NCBI GenBank assembly: GCA_951406725.2
Contig: OX597834.1
Location: 23,312,001 to 23,376,000, forward strand
Length of the DNA stretch: 64,000 bases
DNA from: Octopus vulgaris
Lineage: Eukaryota
Direction: 5' to 3'
Shown one piece after another: positions 26,001-38,537 of the stretch. The translations under genes and the position numbers were made by a program. Each line of letters starts with the position of its first letter. The stretch's first letter is position 1. The notes under the pieces were generated by a model. It saw nothing but the letters and a program-made list of their open reading frames with translations, did not search any database and was not told the DNA's origin.

Positions 26001-29000
26001 ACCTGTGCTTGTCCCTCTATAATACTTTAGCATTTCGAAACCTGATAAGCAGCCATTCATCTCCGTCTTCTCCTCCCAAATACTTCTTAGTAGTGGGAGC
26101 TTTTTCCTCCATTTCCTTCTACTTCTCTGTTCTTTTCTGTCTTGCAACTCACACAGCAACCTCAATGGTGCCAGTGGCATGAAACAAGCACCCAGTCCAC
26201 TCTGTAAAGTGGTTGGCATCAGGAAGGGCATCCAGCCTTAGAAAACATTCCAAAGATGACACTGATGTGTCATCTTTGGCATGTATCATCAAGCTCATCA
26301 AGTTTCCTGTCAAAGCAGAGATTAAATAATGATTGTATGTATGTATGTATGTATGTGCGTATGTATGTACGTATGTATGTATGTATGTATGCATGCATGC
26401 ATGCATCTGTGTCTGTATGTAAGTGTATATAAATGTACAGTTCTATATTTAAGAGATGAGGAATTATATACGTTATTTACATCATTTACAATTGACGGGT
26501 ATTTGTCCTCATCTTGTTTGTTGTTAACACGATGTTTTGGCTGATATACCTTCCAGCCTTCATCAGGTGTTTTGGGGAAATTTTGAACCTGGGTTCTCAT
26601 TCCTAAGGTATTTTTCGATGTTGTTATTATTATTAATATTATTCAGGTCACTGATTCCAAGTTTGATTCCAGGCAGTGACCTGAATAATATTAATAATAA
26701 TAACAACATCGAAAAATACCTTAGGAATGAGAACCCAGGTTTGAAATTTCCCCAAGACACCTGATGAAGGCTGGAGGGTCTATCAGCCGAAACATTGTGT
26801 TAACAACAAACAACATGAGGACAAATATCCATCAATTATAAATAATGTATATAAATGTATTTAGTTATAAGTGTGTTTATGTATATGTGTATTGGTGTGA
26901 GAAATACAAAATGTATATTTGTAAAGTGAATTTCGTTTTTGTTCTGTAATTTACTAACTGTAAACTATTAATTAATTGGGAAAGCGTGTAGGGTGAACAT
27001 TGGTAAGAACTCAAAGAAGGGAAAAGCTTGTCAGTGTTCTACCAACCTGCTCAGGAAGAACATGGAGGCTTCATTAATAGGATAGAGGCTAAAGTACTAT
27101 TGACACATAGAATGCACATGACACTTAGATTACAGAGGCTACACACATAACAGACAGACCGAGTCTCAATAGAAAACATGAATGGAACAGTAACACCCAC
27201 CACCACACCACATGACTAAAGACAGTAGGGATGAGAAGAGAGAGGGGGAGAAACCTATAAATAATACACACACAATAGATATATATGCACTGGCCGGTGA
27301 TACTCATGGGAAATAGAAATAGATGTATAAAAAATAAAAATTAAAAAAATTTTAAATAAGTAAATAACTTAATATATGAATATATCTGTCACATACCTGT
27401 GATAAATGTAAGACTGAGATCGGTAAAATAAATAAATAAAACTATATAAAGGGCATGGAGGCATACGAAGCGAACCCATACCCATGATGGCAACACCGTG
27501 GATGAACAAACATACACAGAGGAATACAGGAACTGTACTAATTTTGTTTTTCTTGGGTCCTAGGACAGCAGCAGCACAATGGGGTGAAGGGAAGGCCACA
27601 CTGTTACTAAAAACTATGACACACACATGTACACACACAAACAAAGACTCAAACACATGCACATATAAGGATACACATCTTAGAAGAACAGACTGGAGTA
27701 AGTGAAGCAAGAACACACACAAAAATGAAAAGTGTCACAGAAGAGGTCACAGATGTGTGAAAAAAGACTTCTGGACAATGGACATGAGTTAGAATAATTA
27801 AATAAAAACAGTAATAAATGAGTGAAGATAAAAATATATATTGCGTGTTTATTTGGAAAAAAAAAAATGAAGAAAAATTACCATCCCGAAATACAACAAT
27901 ATTAATTAATTATTAACCTAATTATTTCTCTATTTTTGCATTGTAGAATCCTGTCCCAGCCAAATAGCTATTGGTGACTTCTTAGTGTTCCTTAGAAGAA
28001 TTGCTGCTTCAGTTCCTGTCCAGTCACGTTTGGCTTGTAAAAAATGGACCAGTGTGCTTCTTGATATCGCAGGAAAATTTTCCGAGAAAGGTAACAGCAT
28101 GCTACCTCCCTTCTTGTTTTTGAACTTGCTTTTGTTTTTATCTTTTGCTTGGGAGGGAAAGCAGTGACCCTGGACCTTTACAGGGTCTTTGAGACTTTTG
28201 GGAGGGAAGGAGAAAATCTTTGAGCTGGAGACATGATCTGAATGCCTACTTCAGAGTGGGGTCCATTAAAAGTACCTGAAGTAACTGGTGGTGTTGTTAA
28301 ACTAGGGCACAGATCAAGTCTTCTATCCAAGTTAGCTGTGACAAGATTCAAATTCAAAATGCAAAGAATATTATTTTTTCCTTCTTTCTTCAAATTTTCT
28401 TCCGTTTCTCGCCGAGTGTTTTCCGTACACCTAGGGCAGAGAAGCTCATTGTATGCATTCCCAGATTACACATACAAATTCACAGGTAAAATATGTATTT
28501 AAAAAAATTAATAAATAAATAAATTCATGAATGGATTTTGTTTTCCCAGTGATAATGCTCTTCTCACTACATGAGCCGTTCCAGCTAATACGACTTTTTG
28601 CACTTCCTGTAGGGATGGTAAGCCTGGTATCATTTTCAAATAGGTTTCAGTACCTTTTTTTATCATTCCTAGAGATCCTACAATCACTGGTACTGTAGTC
28701 GCCTTGAGATGCCACATTTTTTCAATTTCTGTTAGCAAGTCTTTATATTTACTGATCTTGTCAAATTCTTTCGCCGCTTTATTGTGATCACATTATTATT
28801 ATTATTATTATTGTTGTTGTTAGTGAGGGTATACGGCTTAGTGGTGAGGGTGTTGCATTCATGATCATGAGATTGATTTCAATTCTTGGAGCAGGTGGTG
28901 CACTGTGTTCTTGAGCAAAACATTTCATCTCGTATTGCTCTTGACACCTGACGCATGACACACCAGGCACCGGTTTGGACAACATTAATATGATGGAGAC

Positions 29001-29111
29001 AGTAAGCTAATGTGTGGCATGAGAATTTGATCAATATAAACAAATCCTTTGTGCAGGTCATTTCGGCAAAGGCTGAACACTCAGGTGTCATCTTCAGTGG
29101 TAGAGTCCACC

Positions 29112-29145
<34 letters not shown>

Positions 29146-32100
29146 TTATACTAATTGAAACATGGTGCAGATGTAAATGTTCTAATTATTTACTCTGAAG
29201 ATGGCTACTTTGACAACCATGAAGACTGAAACAAATTTTTTGCCAGCCTTGCCTGGCCCCCATGCCGGTGGCATGTAAAAAGCACCATCCGACCGTGCCC
29301 ATTCACAGCCCCGTCTGGCACTTGTGCCGGTGGCACGTAAAAAGCACCCACTACACTCACGGAGTGGTTGGTGTTAGGAAGGGCATCCAGCCGTAGAAAC
29401 ATTGCCAGATCAGACTGGACCTGCTGCAGCCTTCTGGCTTCCCAGACCCCAGTTGAACCGTCCAACCCATGCTAGCATGGAAAGTGGACGCTAAATGATG
29501 ATGATGATGAGGATGATGATGATGAAGCATAATGGAGCTGTAAATATTTCTGGAAACCAAAATATTTTCATCTCGAAAGATGACATTAATTACTTGAAGA
29601 ATTGTAATGCTTATCATTAGTAGGATTCCTCTGAGAGATTTAAACATTGACTTTAACTATTTCCATCTTCCTTTCTTTTAAGGTTTACCATTAATCAGCA
29701 GTCTGAGAACTCGTCTTATCGCGCTACACTTACTGGCTGTTATCCTCCCTGCATGTCCTAAAGATCTGGATCGAGATTATTTCGATACAGTATGTACACT
29801 ATTTTATTGTTTTTTAAAACTTTTTGTGTGTGTCTGGGTGTGTACATTTTTTTTTTTTAATGTTCCATAAAAAAAATTTCCTCTTTTTTTCTTTTTTGCA
29901 TGTCCAACTTAGCATGGATATGTCTATCTTTCTGTATGTCTGTTTACACACACACACATACATATAGTTTTTTTAAATTGCTTAGTTTCCTTGTGGTTCA
30001 TTGATCTTTCTCAATTGATCTTCTTATCTCAACTCTCTTTCTCTTTGCTACCACAGATTGTCCAGCGATTGTTTCATGATATGGCTCAACACATGTGGTT
30101 TGTACCAGTTGTACTTGCCAATCAACAAACCCTGGCACGCAAGAATGAACTGATGGAGAAGATCGATGAGGTGGAACAGACCGATTCCACCACTGGCTGC
30201 CCAATCTCTGCCAAAAAACAAGAAACACTCACCAAACAAAGCACTTCTTTTGATCCTGATAAAACGCTATGCTGTAGTGTTGAGAATGGTCACACACTTG
30301 TCCATGGGCCCGGGGGCAAAGGATATGGGCTGGGCAATATGCAAATTACTTCTGGTTGTTATCAATGGAAGGTGAGAACAACTGAAATGTTTTATTTTGT
30401 TTTGTATATTTTTCTCTCCTTAAATCTTGTTTTTAATTGAAAAAAAAAATTCTTTTTCTTCTTTTTTGTAAAATATATATATTTGTAAATTGTCTCACAT
30501 TTCATAACATAGATTCTACTTATATATTGTATTGAATTTGTTTTCCTTTCTCCATGAAGAACCTGACCTGTAAAATATAAACTTCTCTTTGTCACACACC
30601 ATATTCTATTGAGTGCAACCATCATCATCATCACCATCATTATTAACCTCACCCTAACCATCATTATTATCATCACCACCACCATCACCAACACTATCAG
30701 TTCCATCACCACCACCATTACTATCAATTTTATCACAAACACTGGCGGCAAGCTGGCAGAATCATTGACATGCTGGGCAAAATGCTTAGCAACATTTCAT
30801 CTGTTTTTATTGATTCCTGAGTTCAAATTCCACTGAGGTCAGCTTTGCCTTTCATCCTTTCAGGGTCAATAAAACAAGTACCAGTTGAATATTGGGATCA
30901 ATATAAATTAACTTAACCCTACCCTCTCCTGAAATTGCCGGCCTTGTGTCAAAATTCGAAATCAAGCACCACCATCATCATCATCATTACCATTAATATT
31001 ACCTATTTCTTTATTACCCACAAGGGGCTAAACACAGAGGGGACAAACAAGGACAGACATAGGTATTAAGTCGATTACATCGACCCCAGTGTGTAACTGG
31101 TACTTAATTTATCGACCCCGAAAGGATGAAAGGCAAAGTCGACCTCGGCGGAATTTGAACTCACAACGTAATGGCAGACGAAATACCACTAAGCATTTCG
31201 CCTGGCGTGCTAACGTTTCTGCCAGCTCGCCGCCTTACCATTAATATTACCATCCTTGCCACCATCAACATCACCACTACATTACCTTCCGTTTCCATCA
31301 TATTGGCACTGTACTAAATGCTATTCTCTTGTCTTGTTTCTTTATTTCTTTCTGCTGTTGCTATGGTTGTTGCCGTTGTTGCAGTTCCTAATTGTGAAGG
31401 AGAACAGTGGTAACGAGGGAACGTGTGTTGGTGTATCCCGGTGGCCTGTCACTGACTATTGTCAAAGTACGACCACCGATATGTGGTTATATCGGGCTTA
31501 CAGTGGCAATGTTTATCACAACGGAGAACAAAGTGTCACATTGCCGGGTTATAGCCAAGGAGATTACATCACAGTGCTGTTAGATATGGATGCCAGGACG
31601 TTGTCTTTTGGCAAGAACGGAGAGGTAAGCACATCGACCACAACAGCAACATCAATGACAGCAACAACAACAGTCTCTCCACCCATTCTTCTCTTATCTT
31701 TTTATCAAACATTCTCTTCTTCATGCTGTTGTTGTTATTGTCGATGAGGTTGATGTTTATATATATTTATGTTGTTGTTCATATTTTGTTTCTGTGGTTT
31801 GTTGTTATTGATGTGGTTGTTGCTACTGCTGTTGTTGTTACTGATGTTGTCATCGACACCCCCGCCCCACCCCGCCCCGCCCCTACCTCACTCCCTGGGC
31901 AGATGAAGTCTCGCAGTGCGGAAGGATCGAGATTTCTGTTTCTATTATTTGTGCTTCTACTTGGGCACCAAGTAGAGGCACAACTTCTACTTGGTGCTCT
32001 CATTCTCATTGAGAATGATAGCACCATGCACAGCACTTGCTCACCTCTCTCTGCTCCAAGGCCACCCTGTCTCTGCCTCCATCCACCCTTCGTTGCTGTA

Positions 32101-32429
32101 CACTGCATGCTTTGTGGTGTGATTGTATGTTTGTATACTTGTGTGTGTATATATGTGTATATGTATAAATGTAAGTATATGTATAAATGTGTATATATAT
32201 ATATGTGTGTGTTTGTGTGTGTGTGTGTGTAAAGGTATATATATATATATATGTACATATATATTTATATAATTATGTATATATACATATGTATATGTGT
32301 TTATATGTATGTGTGTATGTGTATATATATATATTACATATGTATATGTGTTTATATGTATGTGTGTATATATATATACATATATATGTATTTATATGAA
32401 TTGTGCGTGTGTGTATGTGTGTGTGTGTG

Positions 32430-32475
<46 letters not shown>

Positions 32476-35400
32476 TGTATATGTATATATGCATATGTAT
32501 ATATATGTGTGTGTGCATGCTCACAATTGAGGTTCCCCAATTGAAAATGTCTCCTTCCATTTCTTTCAGAAGTTGAAACTTGCCTTTGATGACATTGATG
32601 CTACTGAGCTGTATCCCTGTGTTATGTTTTACAGTTGTAACCCTGGAGAAAAAGTAAGATGATCTTTCTCTTATGTCTTTCAATGGTAAAAATCGACAAA
32701 GCACCAGATATTTGGCCTCTAGCCGAGTTTATCTAAAACAATTCGTCTAAAATACAATCTGAATAGAAAATAAAAATTGTTTCCTCTTTGATGAATTCAG
32801 GCCTTCTGTCTATAATAGAAAGAATTATTATTAAGTTCCTCCTTCCCTTTGTGTTCCCTCCTCTATAAACTGTCTGTCTGTGTGTTTTAGGTGAAGATCA
32901 CTGACATGCAGGTTCAGGGATCACCGTGTGACCTCCTACCAGGAGATCCACTGTGTGCCCCTGCCACTACCACCATGGTGGAGGCTGCCATCTCCCTGCT
33001 GCGGACACTACACAAGAACGAAAGCTGGACCGGAGCCATCAACGACATGATTATTAAACAGATCAACAAGATCGATAAGTTTGAAGCTCTCTCGGAGCAA
33101 GGTAAACCCTGCTTGAATTAACAGCCTTGTCATCCCATCGTCATTACCACCACTACCATTGTCATCATCAACTTTACAATTCTCCTCCTCCTCCTCATCA
33201 TCATCATCATCATGTTTCACTCTTACTCTCACAACCACCACCACTATCATCATCATCTTAAGCTCATCATCAACACAACTATCATCATTGTTGTCTCCCT
33301 CCTCCTCCTCCTCCTCATCATAATTATTGCCTTCGTCATTTTCATCATCATCACCATTATCATTACCATCATCATTGTCATCATCATCACCACACAGTCA
33401 TCATCATTGTCGTCACTGACGTATCTGTGGCCTCTCCCTTGCCTCCGTTCCAATTTCATCATTGTTTCCTCTGTCCTTCCCTTCTCAAGACTGTCTCTGC
33501 CTCCACCTGACGGCACGCTTATGGAAGCTTGTACTCCATTGCTGCCTTGGTAAACGATGTCATCATGGCAACGTTGCTGCTTGTGCTCGGCCCTTCTGTG
33601 ATCAATTGCCTGCTTGTTTTCTCAGCAATATCTTTGTTGTCTCGTTGCTCTCGCTTTCATCATCGTCATCATTGTCTTCATCATCATCGTCATCACCTTG
33701 TAACATTTTTAACAATGGATCTGTTCTCTTGCATCAGGTTTAATACATGTGATGGTTTTAAATAACAACAACAATAACAGCAGTGACTTAAAATCTCTTT
33801 TATCAATTTCTATCTTTGTGTGTTGTTTCAGAGGAAGATAAAGAAGGTTCCGTCCCAGCAGCCGCCACGAAGAATGAAAGTGATACAAAGTTATTATTCC
33901 AGTCAGTAGAAACATTATGTTATGAAGTAAGTGTTGGCCATTTTCGGCTGAAATACCACGTCTGGATTTGGGTCTCTGTTCACCATACTGACAGGCACAC
34001 ACACATACATACACACATTACCAGATGTGTTTCATCATCATCATCATCGCTTAACGTCCGCTTTCCATGCCAGCATGGGTTGGACAGTTTGACTGAGGAC
34101 TGGCGAGCCAGAAGGCTGCACCAGGCTCCAATCTGATCTGGCAGAGTTTCTACGGCTGGATGCCCTTCCTAATGCCAACCACTCCGAGAGTGTGGTGGGT
34201 GCTTTTACGTGCCACCGGCATGAGGGCCAGTCAGGTGGCACTGGCAACGGCCACACTCAAATGGTGTTTTTTACGTGCCACCTGCACAATAGCCAGTCCA
34301 GCAGCACTGGCAACAACCTCGCTCAGATGTTGTTTTCCATATGCTACCAGCAATAGTGCCAGTAAGGCGACGCTGGTAACGAACACACTCAGATGGTGCT
34401 TTTTTACGTGCCACTGCCATGGGAGCCAGTCAGCAGCCCTGGAAACAATCATGCTCGGGTGGTGTTCTTATTCCACTAGCACGGTTGCCAATCAGGCAGT
34501 GCTGTCATCGGCCACGTCAGCAAATTTGATTTTGATTTCACTTGCCTCAAAAGGTCTTCACAAGCAGAGTTTAGTGTCCATTAAAAGAAAGGTATGCATG
34601 AGTGGGCTGATTACACCACTGGCATAGGCCACAGGTTATGGTCTCACTTGGCTTGCTGGATCTTCTCAAGCACAGTATATTTCCAAAGGTCTCAGTCACT
34701 AGTCATTGCCTTGGTGAGGCCTAATGTTCAAAGGTTGTGCTTCAACATCTCATCCCATGTCTTCCTGGGTCTACCTCTTCCACAGATTCCCTCAACTGCT
34801 TGTGTGTGACACTTTTTCACACAGCTATCCACATCCATTCTCACCATACCAGCGCAGTCGCCTCTCTTGCACACCACATCTGATGTTTCTTAGGTCCAAC
34901 TTTTCTCTCAGCTACACTTTTTTATATAGTTAAACACATTTATATGATAGAATGTACACACATATATATATATATAATATGTGTATATATATCAGAACAG
35001 GAGTTTTGAAAAATGTTTGGTATTATATATTCACCATCACACATGTTTCATTTGCTAATAGGAGTTACAAAATTGTACATGAAGGAGAAAACATGTAAGA
35101 TATCTCCTATTAGAAATTCTTCAGACACGAAATTAAATAATACTAACAATGTGACTAATTAAGCTTTACATCAGATGGAATTAACCTGAATGCTAAAGAG
35201 TTAAAAGAATTACACAGATTTGCCTTTGTTTCCTCCCATGCCTGATAAATGTGAGGCTTAGAACAATAACAACAACGCTTCTTCCACCTCTTTCACTGTT
35301 TCTGAGTCTTTTTTTTTTCTTTTTTAGGTGTGGCCAAGCTTAGTGCTTATTGGTGGCCTTGACCATGGACTGAGAGTGGGCGGCCGATGCAAACATAAAA

Positions 35401-35986
35401 CTGCCTACAAAAAGGGCACCTTGTTAGGGGTGTCACGAGACCAGTCAACCACAGCTAAAGTCCATTGGGATGATAGTGACACATTCATCAGGTGACCTCT
35501 TATTTCCTTCCCTCTCTCTCTCTTTCTCTTTCTCTCTTTCTTTAAATATGTATATATATAAATTTATCCAACACATGCTGTAATCTCAAGCATATGCTAT
35601 GATTTGTAACTAAAACCTATCTTCTTGTTGGATAAATATACAAATTCCATGCACTGACAAAGGTCCTCATGTTTTTCCAGCTCAGATAATTCTGCTGTAT
35701 GATGACATGGAAGCTGATAACAGTATTGGAGCTTTTAGATGTACTTACTTTGATATTATCTATTCCTGTGAAACGCATTAAAATTTATGTGAACATTTGA
35801 TCATTTAAACATGCTTGTCTGATTTTTACCCCGTAATTTTAAACTCTGCTAAAACTCCCTTTTTTTTAATATATATTTGTACCATTGATTAACAAAAAAT
35901 TGTCGAAACTAGTTTGGCATGTATGTGAACAACCATGTTTTTCGAATTTAGGTGCATTTTCAAACCCCTCTCTTTATATGTATGTA

Positions 35987-36026
<40 letters not shown>

Positions 36027-36044
36027 TATATGTGTGTGTATATA

Positions 36045-36110
<66 letters not shown>

Positions 36111-37752
36111 TATATAAAGAGAGGAAGTATATGATGAGTAAAATTTATTTTACCAATGGACATCCATATTCAACTACAGTTGTTTCGCAACTTGCTAACA
36201 TGTACTAATAATATATTTTATTTGATTTTATGATAAATAATAAATTATTTACAGGTAGAGGTGAAGTGCAAGTACCCCCCCCCCACTTCTGTCTCCCCCT
36301 TTCAAAAAACTCCTCAGACTCCCATGCTTACATAGATTTCTCTGTCTATGTTAGTTTTTCTCTCTCTAAAAAAATATAGATTGATAAAATTCATTCCTTG
36401 GCTTTTGGTACTTTATTCTTGGTAGCTGGACATAGCTTCTTTTAAATGTTTCACCCCTTGAACTAGAGCCTATATATATATTTGTATGTATGTATGTATG
36501 TATACAGCTTCTCTCTCTGTCTTTCTCATTTGTCTTACCTCTTGTTATGTCTGTGTTTCTCTATATCTATCTCTCCATTTCTCTTCTCTCTCTCTCTCTC
36601 TCTCATTAAATTGTTCTCTTTCTCCTTTCAGTGATGCTGCCATAGCCAACCTCGAACCCATTGAACCTGCTGAGTTTGACCTCAACCACCTGGCTGGCCT
36701 CACCCCACAGCTTTTACAGGCCGTCATGAAATTGACTCTGATCAGTGATGAGAAGCACTCACTGCAGCTCAGTAGACACCAGGAATATGGTTCTTTGAAT
36801 GGAGGGCAAAAGAAACCAGGGAAACCAACTGATGAATTGCAAGACTCCAACCCAATGGAGGAGTCATCCGTGGATCCTGTTGCTGCTGCTGTCACTACTG
36901 CTAAGAGTCCGCCTGATGATCCAGCACAGGTCACTGACCAGGAACAACAAATCACTGAAGAAAACAGTCGACAAAGACCCACAGATCACAACGCTGACAA
37001 GAAACGGCAATGTTTGTTGTTGCAAAGCATTAATTATGCTAGTTTTGGCATCCCACTACCACCACCACCACCGCCGCTGTCGTCATCGTCGCTGCGTTCA
37101 GTGTCAGCCTCAGCATCTACATCATTGATGGACAGCCGAGAGGCTCTGCACGGGTCACAGGGTGACATGTCTCAAACCGTTTCTAGCAGCAGGGAAGGTT
37201 CGTTGCCGAATTCCAGCTTCTCTGACACACCGTCCTGTGGTACTGAGACCGCGTCACAAAAACTTGGTAAAGAAGAAAGTGCTGTTTCGGCTGATGTCAT
37301 CACGGAAGAGAGTTCTGACGAGAACGTTTTTGAGGTGAATTCCACCGAAGACAATGCCTTACAGCACGAGTTGTTCAACTTCAGGATGGCGTCGTTGAAA
37401 TTGGCGGCATTGCGAATGCTTTACAGGGTTCTATTGACCAACAAATACGCTGAGATGCTGCTCGTGCCGAAATCCGACCTGCGAGCCGAGAGCAGCAAAG
37501 CCCTTCCTGACGGCACTGTGGTGAGACGAGATGATGACATGAAAGGTGAGCTTCGTGCCATCATGAAGCAGATGGTAAAGCTGGCCACGGTACCATCACC
37601 ATTCCGACGTCTTGTGTCTTTGGTGGAACTGGAACGAGCACAGAATGTTCTCTATCAGGTTATGATTCAAACCCAGTCTGATAACCAAGCCAATCTTGCT
37701 CAGTATGAAGGTGAGTGTCAACACACACACACACACGCGCGCACACATGCAT

Positions 37753-37789
<37 letters not shown>

Positions 37790-38308
37790 GAGTTTTAGAC
37801 AGACTGACATACATTTTGAGTTAGTGTCTGGATGTGTGTCAGGTAAACATTCACAAATGTAAACACACACACAGTCTTCACATATACATACACACCCACA
37901 GATATATATATATACACACACACACACAATCTTCATATATACAGTGACAATGACAGACAGATTGACACATGCATTTTGAATCAGTGTCTGTATGTGTGTC
38001 GGGCAAATGTTCACAAACATATATAAGCACACACACACACACACACACATGGATACACACATACACACTCACACATTGGTACACAGACACACACACATTC
38101 TCACACATACCATACATGTAAATATAAATAATTCTTTCAACTGTTAAAAGGAGATCAATAATGACAGTAGCAATAACAATCCTTTCTGCTGATTGGCACA
38201 ACACCTGAAATTTGGTGAGAAGGGGCTGGTTGATGGGACTGGCCCTAGTGCTTAACTAGTACTTATTTTATTGACCCTTAGAAAAAGGATGAAAGGTAAA
38301 GTCGACCT

Positions 38309-38340
<32 letters not shown>

Positions 38341-38486
38341 CATAATAATAATATGCTGTTGTAATTTTGCCTGAAGGCAAATTCAACGTTGGCAGAATTT
38401 GAACTCAGAACGTGAAGACATGAAATGCTGCTAAGCATTTTGTCCTTCATTCTGACAGTTCTGCCAGATTGCTGCCTTACCTAATG

Positions 38487-38537
<51 letters not shown>

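Larger units (their letters stand above)
26488..26848. repeat. Long palindrome (about 170-bp arms, 20-nt loop), probably inverted Penelope-type terminal repeats
   Basis: 26488-26653 is the near-perfect reverse complement of 26674-26845; each arm carries a hammerhead-like motif. Confidence 0.9.
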
